Source of the DNA: a virus
Taxonomy: Duplodnaviria > Caudoviricetes
Length of the DNA stretch: 64,000 bases
Reading direction: 5' to 3' (one strand)
Virus record (IMG/VR): IMGVR_UViG_3300032030_000030
Span: 1 to 64,000 of that record
In this document: in pieces, positions 46,909 to 54,688 of the stretch
Position numbering within the stretch: the first letter of the stretch is position 1
Layout: every line of letters begins with the position of its first letter
Position numbers and translations under genes: made by a program
The notes under the pieces: model-generated
The model's input: the letters and a program-made list of their open reading frames with translations, nothing else
Told to the model about the DNA's origin: nothing
Database searches by the model: none

Positions 46909-47239
46909 AATATGGATGTGGCAAGAATACGACGGTCACGTATGGGCAGGTCCGTGTTTCAATACGGCTTATTCATCAAAAAATAGGGCCAAAAGTCATA
47001 TAGTCAAGATTGCTAAAAGCGATGACAGGAATAAAATAATGGGTTTCTTCCACGAAAACGAGGAAGGAACTTGCGTTATATATTACTATTGCATCATTGA
47101 CCATTCGCACGATGATTATGTTGACGACGTATTCAAACAAGCAATAGAAAGAAGAAAGCTCAACCATCAATTGACTTTGGCTGACATTAGGGAATTTGAA
47201 GGTGAAGTTTTTAAGTTAACCGATTTTGAACTGCTATGA
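46895..47239 (+). CDS. hypothetical protein
   Basis: ATG overlapping upstream ORF end. Confidence 0.7.
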   Translation: MNTNKIWMWQEYDGHVWAGPCFNTAYSSKNRAKSHIVKIAKSDDRNKIMGFFHENEEGTCVIYYYCIIDHSHDDYVDDVFKQAIERRKLNHQLTLADIREFEGEVFKLTDFELL

Positions 47240-47517
47240 AATTAACTGAAATAGGTACAACACCAATGTTCGAGGAAGTTGATATTCCTTACGCCGTCTT
47301 TGTATCGGAAGACGGGCATGTAAGGTATCAAGGAAGCCGCGAATATGTTAGAAAACGGGCAATCAAAGGCCCGTACTGCGGAACTCTACGTGTCTATAAC
47401 AATCGGCATTCTCATACTGCCGATATTGTCAGTACGATACATACTGGCAAATGTGCGCAAAGAATGATAAACGAACTCTTAAAAGAATGTGAACCAACAG
47501 ATGGACTATTCGATTAA
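47236..47517 (+). CDS. hypothetical protein
   Basis: ATGA coupling. Confidence 0.7.
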   Translation: MKLTEIGTTPMFEEVDIPYAVFVSEDGHVRYQGSREYVRKRAIKGPYCGTLRVYNNRHSHTADIVSTIHTGKCAQRMINELLKECEPTDGLFD

Positions 47518-47857
47518 ACAAGACGTTGGTAGTGATGTAATTAAGTGTATGTGCAACTGGTATAAAAATCACTATGGTGCCATACTTGAAAAGATACATC
47601 ACGTCGATACTCGTTTTACTAACAAGGGCGAACTCAGAATCCAGGGCTGGATAACCGAGGAAGACCTTTGGAATAATGCTCCCAAATATGACGGTTTTGA
47701 CATGAGCTTTCAGCTTGATAGAGCAAATCGTATATTTGTAATCTCTGCTTGGGTTATTGACCCATTTATGTTAAATATTCCTTCCGACTTCAAGCCAAAT
47801 ATCCCTGGTTTTGATGACTATTGGAAGGGTAATGTTGGACCATTTACAGACGATTAA
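47501..47857 (+). CDS. hypothetical protein
   Basis: ORF in operon. Confidence 0.7.
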   Translation: MDYSIKQDVGSDVIKCMCNWYKNHYGAILEKIHHVDTRFTNKGELRIQGWITEEDLWNNAPKYDGFDMSFQLDRANRIFVISAWVIDPFMLNIPSDFKPNIPGFDDYWKGNVGPFTDD

Positions 47858-47858
47858 T

Positions 47859-48170
47859 ATGTTACCAGAAGAAATGGTGCATGGTGGCATCTACAAAGTA
47901 GCCAATACAAGAACAGGTGATTTCTGTGTTGGTTACTTTGATTATTTCAAGCAAAACAGCAAGAAAACAAAGGCTCGTATTGTTATGAAAGACACCATAG
48001 CACACTACAATCACCTTTACGACGGATATTGGAATGCCATTCTTGACAAAGTAGAGTTTGAAAGCAATAACCTACAAGTCTGCAAACCTGAAAAAGGCGA
48101 GGAAATGGCATATCATGCCGTCATTTCTGCAATGAAGGAGTTTAATCTGAAAATTAGCAAAAATGATTAA
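47859..48170 (+). CDS. hypothetical protein
   Basis: ORF in operon. Confidence 0.7.
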   Translation: MLPEEMVHGGIYKVANTRTGDFCVGYFDYFKQNSKKTKARIVMKDTIAHYNHLYDGYWNAILDKVEFESNNLQVCKPEKGEEMAYHAVISAMKEFNLKISKND

Positions 48171-48447
48171 AACTAATATTGAAAGCGTAATTGCTAACAG
48201 AGAAAGTCTTGAAACACTCTCAGGCTGTATGTGTTGTCAAAAGATATTTGACGTCCCACATAAGAAATGTGTTTATTGCAGCGAGTTCAAAGACTGTAAA
48301 GTATTATCGTGTGCAAACTGTGCATGGTCTATTCCATGTAGTGACGAAGATGTTTGTTTTCCGTGGCTTGCACACGATTTGTTAAACGTAATAAAAGAAC
48401 AAAATGGAAGCGATTTGGAGAAAGAAATTGGCGACGGTAATCGGTAG
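48163..48447 (+). CDS. Cys-rich small protein
   Basis: CMCC, CVYC, CANC and further Cys. Confidence 0.7.
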   Translation: MIKTNIESVIANRESLETLSGCMCCQKIFDVPHKKCVYCSEFKDCKVLSCANCAWSIPCSDEDVCFPWLAHDLLNVIKEQNGSDLEKEIGDGNR

Positions 48448-48937
48448 TATGATACCGTCAGGTCTTATCGTCAAAACAGACTTTGGCGATGAGAGGGTAA
48501 TTGCATTGCAAATCCGTACAGACTCTGACGAGTTCGATGCAATTGTAATTACTGAGAATCAGAATGAGAATCAAGGCGTCTATCGAATCGAAGATGTCAA
48601 ACCGTATCTTAAAACTTACGGTCAATTGACAGAACCTGAAATGGACCACATGGACTATCTCGACGACGACAGAGAGAAAAGTGAGATGGCAATTGCTCTT
48701 GCCTACATGAAATGCGTTGTTGACCGTGATGGACAAAATGAGTTCATTCAAGAAGGTTATGCTCTGAAAGCTCCGAAAGGAATGTACAAACCTGTTGATT
48801 GGAAAGCATACAACAAGGAGTTGTACGGAGATGACTACGACGACGATGACGACGAAGACGAAGACGAAGACAGTAACAACAAAGTCAACTTCTCGAACGA
48901 GGACATCGACGACGAAGAAGACTACGACGAAATCTAA
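48404..48937 (+). CDS. hypothetical protein with very acidic tail
   Basis: IEDVKPYL...GYALKAPKGMY plus poly-D/E. Confidence 0.75.
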   Translation: MEAIWRKKLATVIGSMIPSGLIVKTDFGDERVIALQIRTDSDEFDAIVITENQNENQGVYRIEDVKPYLKTYGQLTEPEMDHMDYLDDDREKSEMAIALAYMKCVVDRDGQNEFIQEGYALKAPKGMYKPVDWKAYNKELYGDDYDDDDDEDEDEDSNNKVNFSNEDIDDEEDYDEI

Positions 48938-48950
48938 AAAAAACAAACAA

Positions 48951-49550
48951 ATGGCAAAACTAAAAGACCCACCAGCAGTTGTCTTGACGTTGGAGGCTAC
49001 GAAAGAGAACACAATCTTATTCTATGGTCATACAACAAATAAGAACATAGGACCGCAGTGTTTGTCACAATGGTTTCCATGTAAATTCACAGAACCAATC
49101 ATTGATGAAGACAATCAAACTGCGGCGACGATTGAGTATCATTGTGCCGAGCAGTATATGATGGCTCATAAAGCCTTGTTGTTCCAAGACAACGATACTT
49201 TTGCTAAAATATGCAAGGCAAATACTCCGAAAGAATGTAAAGAACTTGGAAGGCAAGTAAGGAATTTCGACCAAAAGAGATGGGACGAATACAAAGAGGA
49301 AATTGTGGTAGTTGGCAACTATCATAAATTCACTCAAAACCCTGACCTTGCCGAATATCTCAAATCTACTGATGGCAAGGTTCTTGCCGAAGCCAGCCCC
49401 TATGATAGAATATGGGGCATTGGGTTCGATAAAGACCACGCCTTCGAGAATCGCAGCAAATGGGGACAAAATCTCCTTGGCAAAGCATTGATGATTGTCA
49501 GGGAAAATCTGTTGCATCCAGACATCGGCGATATTGAAATTGTCTACTAA
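48951..49550 (+). CDS. NADAR (YbiA-like) hydrolase
   Basis: LSQWF, AEQYMMAHKA, KFTQN, LAEASPYDRIWGIG, GQNLLGKALM. Confidence 0.93.
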   Translation: MAKLKDPPAVVLTLEATKENTILFYGHTTNKNIGPQCLSQWFPCKFTEPIIDEDNQTAATIEYHCAEQYMMAHKALLFQDNDTFAKICKANTPKECKELGRQVRNFDQKRWDEYKEEIVVVGNYHKFTQNPDLAEYLKSTDGKVLAEASPYDRIWGIGFDKDHAFENRSKWGQNLLGKALMIVRENLLHPDIGDIEIVY

Positions 49551-49642
49551 ATGGCCAGTTTTCGGCGTTTTAAGCTATACCCTGATTAATCCGTTGTTCT
49601 ACGGATTATCAGGGTAATTTGGCTAATAAAACGCCAATTACA

Positions 49643-49672
49643 GGTCAGTAACTTTCTATTGAACCACCATCA
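49643..49672 (+). promoter_or_regulatory. candidate phage-RNAP promoter, copy 2
   Basis: GGTCAGTAACTTTCTATTGAACCACCATCA. Confidence 0.6.
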
Positions 49673-50515
49673 CCAAACAAACTCTACTTTATTAGGGTTA
49701 TGCGATGATATAGGGGTTCCGTGGTCGCCCTTTAACCACGTTAAAACAGAACTTGTGTGGACTGCGTGAGGAATGAGGCTAAACGGATGTCCACTGTCTG
49801 CTCGACATTAAGAGCTATCCAACTTCAATGAGAGTGTACATATCATTGAAAGAAGGGTTGCGTAACTGCTGTAGGTGTGTGTAGTGCGCGTAAAATCACG
49901 GACCTTCTATACGCAAGAGACTGTTGTGTGTTCTCGCCTTGCGTTGAGTTGAAGTAGAAGAACATAATAAAACGCACGCGGATTGCAACCGTGTGCGTCG
50001 AATACGCTTTGCTTAGTTGTGCGTCATCAACAAGCCGACTTCCAAGTATCGTCGTTACGACTTGGCGCGGAATAATACAGAGAAAACTGTACCGTGGCAA
50101 AGTAAATCTATCCATACAAACCTCAATATTGAGTTAGGTGTGGATATTTTTATCATGTTTTCTTAGAGAACAATCCTAAGCGTGGGTACAACTCCCAGTA
50201 AGTCTTAGGCTGCACGTTGAGCAGGTGCGTAAGTAAAACCGCTCAATTTGACTCTCCATCTGTTGGGAGTATAAATAAATACAGACTGAGAGCCGCAGTA
50301 GCATCCATAAGGCGGTAGCGCAGACTAAGAGGGTTATGTCTGCATCATGGCACCATGAAGAAGCCTCCTCGTTGGCGGTGCTGGATAATCAACTAATTCT
50401 TCAATCAATGAGCAAAAACGGATAAATCCGCGACATTATGGCAGTTCTATCTGTCATTCTGTCGTGGGGTTATTTGTAGGGCGAGGGGATAACTCCTCTG
50501 TCTCTTCGCTCTAAC
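49673..50515 (+). ncRNA. candidate long structured non-coding RNA
   Basis: No credible ORF, many hairpins, bounded by promoter-like motif and a terminator-like hairpin. Confidence 0.45.
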
Positions 50516-50535
50516 TCTCTCAAAATCAATAAATT

Positions 50536-50584
50536 AAACAGCAAGGTGATGGTCTATACGACTGTTGCCTTGCTGTTTTTTTTT
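50536..50584 (+). terminator. terminator-like hairpin
   Basis: AAACAGCAAGG...CCTTGCTGTTT plus T run. Confidence 0.6.
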
Positions 50585-50689
50585 CTCCGCCCACTACGCA
50601 GACACTCATGCCTTGCTGTCTTTTTACCACTTAGCAAGCGTAGCCTACGGAGTGGGCGTAACACGCTGTCAATCAGTGAATTGATGTTT

Positions 50690-50797
50690 AAGAAAGAAAA
50701 AAAGAGAAAAACAGAAAGAAGAAGAAAGAAGAAAAGAAAAGAAGCAAAAGAAAAGAATAAAGAATAAGAAAGAATAAAAGAGAATAAAAAGAAAGAA
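50690..50797. repeat. purine-rich (A/G) low-complexity tract
   Basis: AAAG/AAGA-type repeats, very few pyrimidines. Confidence 0.85.
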
Positions 50798-51121
50798 TCT
50801 CTACTACTAAGAGGATATTATTCTTACGTCATTCTTTGTAAGAATAATATAATATAGTAAAAAGCAAAAAAAGAATGAGACTACCAAATATTTTTAGTTA
50901 AATAATGTTAAGAGAATGAAAGGTCAGGAAATAATTATAGTTCGGAGTATCAGGAGTGAAATACTTAGCAAGCGAGACCCACGTGAAAGACTTAGCAAGT
51001 GCATCCCACGGAAAACATGGTATCGCTGTAAAACTGGCGACATGGTGTTGATAGATAGATTGGCGTGATGGTGATGATATGATATTGGCGTGAGATGAAA
51101 AAAAAGGACAATGTAATGGAT

Positions 51122-51152
51122 AAAAAAAACAGCAAGGTGTCGTCCTTGCTGT
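51122..51152 (-). terminator. terminator for minus-strand gene
   Basis: A8 followed by CAGCAAGG...CCTTGCTG on + strand. Confidence 0.65.
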
Positions 51153-51162
51153 ATCCGAAGTA
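51146..51162 (+). repeat. 17-bp direct repeat, copy 2
   Basis: Identical to 46026-46042. Confidence 0.9.
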
Positions 51163-51173
51163 ATTTTAACAAA

Positions 51174-51269
51174 ACATCTCATAGATATACAGGGACACCG
51201 AGTTCATCCATTAGTCAGCCTTGACTCGGCTGCCACGACAGGCATTTAATATATATATCTATGAGATGT
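51174..51269. repeat. 16-bp perfect inverted repeat with 64-nt spacer
   Basis: ACATCTCATAGATATA ... TATATCTATGAGATGT. Confidence 0.9.
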
Positions 51270-51290
51270 CAGAGGCACGTTTTCTGCGCA

Positions 51291-51899
51291 TTAGAAGATT
51301 TCGTCATTGTCTTTGGCATCGCCTGCTTTGTCATCCTTGGTGGATGGCTTAGGCTGCTCTACCTTCGGAGACGATTTAACCTTGCTCATCTTCGCATCGA
51401 GCGCAGCAGCGGCTTCGTCAGACATAATGTCGAACTTGCCGACAAACGCGAGGACTGCGTTGAGCAAAATCGGCTTGCCGTTCTTGTCGGCGACGGAGAA
51501 GTTGCCGTCCTTGTCTTCCGCCGAGAAGAAATAGAGTGCAATCTTCTTTTCTGCGGCAATCTCCTCGAAAGCGGGCAGAAGCTGCTGGTTGCCTTTCGGC
51601 GCAGCATCGTTGCCGCCTTCGACATATTCCATGCAGTTGCCACGAAGACGTTCTTCGGCAACGGCATAAAGCTCGCTGTTAATTGCTGCGGAGAATGAGC
51701 GCGGTTTGCCATTCGCATCCTTGTCGGTTGTCGTCAACGACAACGAGACGGGTGCGCCGTTCGGGTCGTGGTCTGCGGCTTTGTCGTAAGCAACGATGCT
51801 ACGGAAATGGTTAAGGCCGAGTGCGAAAAACGCCTCACGGATGTCAGTTGGCTTGCCAGCATTGGACATCACACTTGCAAATCTTTGTGCTTGATTCAT
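51291..51899 (-). CDS. SSB-like early protein, paralog B
   Basis: Only credible minus-strand gene; similar to 45414-46019; ends DNDEIF. Confidence 0.7.
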   Translation of the reverse strand: MNQAQRFASVMSNAGKPTDIREAFFALGLNHFRSIVAYDKAADHDPNGAPVSLSLTTTDKDANGKPRSFSAAINSELYAVAEERLRGNCMEYVEGGNDAAPKGNQQLLPAFEEIAAEKKIALYFFSAEDKDGNFSVADKNGKPILLNAVLAFVGKFDIMSDEAAAALDAKMSKVKSSPKVEQPKPSTKDDKAGDAKDNDEIF

Positions 51900-51961
51900 T
51901 TTGTATATGTTTTTTGTCCACGTAACCCAACGTGGCTTGGGACACAGAATTTATTTCTGTA

Positions 51962-51979
51962 TCAATGGAACGTTCCTGA
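51962..51979 (-). promoter_or_regulatory. candidate phage-RNAP promoter, copy 3
   Basis: Minus strand reads TCAGGAACGTTCCATTGA, ~60 nt upstream of the 51899 start. Confidence 0.55.
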
Positions 51980-52238
51980 AACTTAGAATTGGCGTGTTCT
52001 GTAGGATTGTTACGCAGATAATCTCGTGAACTGCGGATGCAAAGTATCTTCGAGAAACAGATTGGCGTGAATGCGAACAAGGTACTACTTCTACATCCTG
52101 ACACACAGACCACACAGACAACGACGGGGGTATGAACCCAATTCTGAGCGGCGAGGGTGGGTCATGCTATAATATCCCTCGTTCATAGCCATATCAGAAA
52201 AAAAATAGTAGAATAAAAAAAAAAAAAAATGAAAAAAA

Positions 52239-52270
52239 TTTGGTGGATTAAAATATGTATTATATCTTTG
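52239..52270 (+). promoter_or_regulatory. Bacteroidetes sigma promoter for tRNA cluster
   Basis: TTTG-N20-TATCTTTG. Confidence 0.75.
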
Positions 52271-52399
52271 TGGCGTGATAATTCTATGGCATTTTGTTAA
52301 TGATTTTGGGGTTAATATTTATTAGTATTTTTTTTATTTATGGATTAGTACATTTTGTTGTTTTTCCCTCTCCGTTGTGAAACGGGGAGGTTTTTAAAT

Positions 52400-52470
52400 G
52401 GAGATGTAGCTCAATGGCAGAGCGGTTGGCTGTTAACCAGTTAATCGAGGTTCGATTCCTTGCTTCTCCG
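52400..52470 (+). tRNA. tRNA-Asn(GUU)
   Basis: Cloverleaf, loop CTGTTAA, G discriminator. Confidence 0.9.
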
Positions 52471-52522
52471 CAAGTGACCTGTTAAGCCTCTCTACGATGC
52501 TCAAATTTACGGGTCGATATAT

Positions 52523-52593
52523 TGCGAGTTAGAGTAATGGTAACTTGTTTGGTTCATGCCCAAAAGATACAGGTTCGATTCCTGTACTCGCTA
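52523..52593 (+). tRNA. tRNA-Met(CAU), initiator-like
   Basis: Loop TTCATGC, unpaired 1:72 (T:T). Confidence 0.8.
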
Positions 52594-52598
52594 CTATT

Positions 52599-52703
52599 AT
52601 GAAAGAGAAAGTTTTGAACAAGCTGGTAATTGGATTTTTGATAATAGCGATAATAGTTGTTATCTATGCGATTTATTCATTGGTGAAGACTTCGGACCTA
52701 TAA
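52599..52703 (+). CDS. 34-aa membrane peptide
   Basis: MKEKVLNKLVIGFLIIAIIVVIYAIYSLVKTSDL; below ORF-track cutoff; stop lies inside next tRNA. Confidence 0.55.
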   Translation: MKEKVLNKLVIGFLIIAIIVVIYAIYSLVKTSDL

Positions 52704-52767
52704 CTCAGTTGGTCAGAGTAGCAGACTCATAATCTGAAGGTCGCAGGTTCAAACCCTGCTGGGTCCA
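52694..52767 (+). tRNA. tRNA-CAU, probably Ile2 (lysidine type)
   Basis: GGACCTA/TGGGTCC acceptor, loop CTCATAA; body resembles bacterial Ile2 tRNAs. Confidence 0.75.
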
Positions 52768-52781
52768 CTAAAAAAACAATT

Positions 52782-53021
52782 ATGTCAACAAAGAGATTAC
52801 CTCTTACAGGCGACCTTACTTGTGATGTATGGGCTGAAGCTGTAAACGGTTTGATAAATATTGCACGCTATCAAATCGAACTTGGGAATATAGAAAAAGC
52901 AAAAAGAATAGCCTCTGATGTAGGGGAGATATTTGATAAGGCATACAAAGACTGGAAAAGACATTGGGAGATATGTAGCAGCATAGCACCGACATTCATA
53001 CTATTTGCCTGGTGCAAATAG
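52782..53021 (+). CDS. small hypothetical protein
   Basis: ATG ORF with A-rich leader between RNA genes. Confidence 0.6.
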   Translation: MSTKRLPLTGDLTCDVWAEAVNGLINIARYQIELGNIEKAKRIASDVGEIFDKAYKDWKRHWEICSSIAPTFILFAWCK

Positions 53022-53244
53022 AACGGGCTGGCGATTACGAAACGACGGTTTGGTACTTCGCTAAAGCCCAAAAAAGATTACTTGCGCAAGATGCCACTGT
53101 TTCGCGCCTGGAGTACGAAGGCTCTTCAAGAGGACGGCAATGCCGATAACTAAGGTTGGTTGAAGATGCAAGGCATAATGAGAGGACTTCGCTAAGCAAC
53201 AATTCATATGTCCCTCCAACCTAAAAACGGTACAGTGGCTATAA

Positions 53245-53316
53245 GGCTCGTTAGTTCAACGGATAGAACAGGAGTTTTCTAAACTCTCAATGTGGGTTCG
53301 ATTCCCTCACGGGCTA
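53245..53316 (+). tRNA. tRNA-Arg(UCU)
   Basis: GGAGT-TTTCTAA-ACTCT anticodon arm, canonical T arm. Confidence 0.88.
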
Positions 53317-53336
53317 CGAATAAAATTGAAAAGAAA

Positions 53337-53492
53337 ATGGAAGAAAACAAGACGATTGAATTGGAAGACATCGACTTGGAAGACTTTGATATAAAACAAT
53401 TGTTTGTATCGGAGATGATGAGTCAGGAAGAGTTGGATGCAATGTTTAGCGCATTAGACGACATTGATGAGAACGGGATTGCGTCGGAGTGA
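53337..53492 (+). CDS. 51-aa acidic protein
   Basis: MEENKTIELEDIDLEDFD...; stop lies inside tRNA-Tyr. Confidence 0.6.
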   Translation: MEENKTIELEDIDLEDFDIKQLFVSEMMSQEELDAMFSALDDIDENGIASE

Positions 53493-53557
53493 GAGAGCCG
53501 AGGCGGACTGTAAATCCGTTGCTTAATGCTGAGTAGGTGCGAATCCTTCCAGTCCCA
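53475..53557 (+). tRNA. tRNA-Tyr(GUA), atypical D and T loops
   Basis: GCGGA-CTGTAAA-TCCGT, long variable arm, GGGATTG/CAGTCCC. Confidence 0.85.
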
Positions 53558-53601
53558 CTTTTTAGTTCACGTTATTAAATTTTAATATTAATATTGTGGT
53601 T

Positions 53602-53668
53602 GCCTTTATCGTATAGCGGTTATTACGGTTGGAAATAACAGACAGCGGTTCGACTCCACTTAAAGGCT
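53602..53668 (+). ncRNA. anticodon-less tRNA-like RNA
   Basis: GCCTTTA/TAAAGGC acceptor, GTATAGCGGTTATTAC D arm, GGTTCGACTCC T arm; anticodon arm is GTTG-GAAA-TAAC. Confidence 0.8.
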
Positions 53669-53689
53669 CAAATAAAGGAGAAGAAGAAA

Positions 53690-54118
53690 ATGATGACATT
53701 GGAAGAAGCGATACAACACGCAGAGGAGAAAGGTGCTTCAATGCTTATGAATCCAAGGACTGTTGATTGTAACTGTGGATTAGAGCATCTTCAACTTGCG
53801 GATTGGCTCAGACAGTTGAAAACATACTATGAAGATGGAAAGGTTGAAAATGACGGCTATCTTGTAGAGAAGACTGGCTTTGACGGAGAGGAGGTTGAAA
53901 CGAGGCTTTCTTCAAGCAGCAATGTTTTAAGGGTGCGTTTGAAGCAAACTGAGCCGCCATCTATAAATACAATCAGAAGTCTTGTCAGAAGCTATAATTC
54001 GGCAGCAATAGACTCTAATGGCAGGATGCCAAGGGTTATATTCGATTGCAATGAAGAGGATGGAGCATATACGTATGATTTATATGCAACGGCAATTGAC
54101 CCGTTTGCATTGAATTAA
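53690..54118 (+). CDS. hypothetical protein
   Basis: TLEEAIQHAEE...EHLQLADWLRQLK phage-type N-terminus. Confidence 0.75.
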   Translation: MMTLEEAIQHAEEKGASMLMNPRTVDCNCGLEHLQLADWLRQLKTYYEDGKVENDGYLVEKTGFDGEEVETRLSSSSNVLRVRLKQTEPPSINTIRSLVRSYNSAAIDSNGRMPRVIFDCNEEDGAYTYDLYATAIDPFALN

Positions 54119-54206
54119 GGTAGGTTGGCAGAGTGGTCGATTGCAGCTGTTTGCTAAACAGCCGACTGCGAAGAGTGGTCCATAGGTTCAAATCCTGTAC
54201 CTACCG
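54119..54206 (+). tRNA. tRNA-Ser(GCU)
   Basis: Loop TTGCTAA, long variable arm, G discriminator. Confidence 0.92.
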
Positions 54207-54233
54207 CTTGTCGAACTAATAAAATGAAACGAT

Positions 54234-54428
54234 ATGACATTAGGAATCTCTACGATAATATGTTTACTGGTACTAATATTATTCGCTGTCTGCGAAGTAT
54301 GGTGCAAGGTAAAAGACGTTCAAGCAACATTATCTTGGTTGATAGAAAAGATAGGCTATATGCAAGGAATAATTGATATGTATGCAGACGACGAAGACGA
54401 AGATGAAGATGAAAGTCAAAATAATTAA
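54234..54428 (+). CDS. small membrane protein with acidic tail
   Basis: N-terminal hydrophobic helix. Confidence 0.65.
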   Translation: MTLGISTIICLLVLILFAVCEVWCKVKDVQATLSWLIEKIGYMQGIIDMYADDEDEDEDESQNN

Positions 54429-54429
54429 T

Positions 54430-54502
54430 CTGGGTGTAGTACAGTAGGTAGTATGCTTGCTTTGGGAGCAAGAGGTCGCAAGTTCGAGCCTTGCCACCCA
54501 GA
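54430..54502 (+). tRNA. tRNA-Pro(UGG)
   Basis: C1:G72, CTTGC-TTTGGGA-GCAAG. Confidence 0.92.
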
Positions 54503-54517
54503 CTAAAAGGAAGAGAA

Positions 54518-54688
54518 ATGGACAAGGAAATGAAATTTATGAACGCCCAGAACATCTGGGAGCTTACTGAGTTCTGCAACAAGTACACTATCACAAAAGA
54601 TGATATAGTTGTAGTTTTTGAAAAGCACAGTAAGGAAGGCAATGTAATAGGATATACACTTGTTTACTATGGAGCCAAACGAGTTTGA
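54518..54688 (+). CDS. small hypothetical protein
   Basis: ATG ORF ending LVYY.. Confidence 0.6.
   Translation: MDKEMKFMNAQNIWELTEFCNKYTITKDDIVVVFEKHSKEGNVIGYTLVYYGAKRV

Noticed and set aside
49720-49750. CGTGG...CCACGTTAAA resembles pistol ribozyme P1
   Set aside because: Loop is too long and no nearby pseudoknot partner or remaining core was found.
50546-50767. 73-aa basic ORF
   Set aside because: Arises from the purine tract and crosses a terminator-like hairpin.
53245-53316. Possible amber suppressor tRNA (CTA) and stop-codon recoding
   Set aside because: Stem register gives loop TTTCTAA, anticodon TCT (Arg). Very long ORFs are intact in code 11 and TAG/TGA end real genes.
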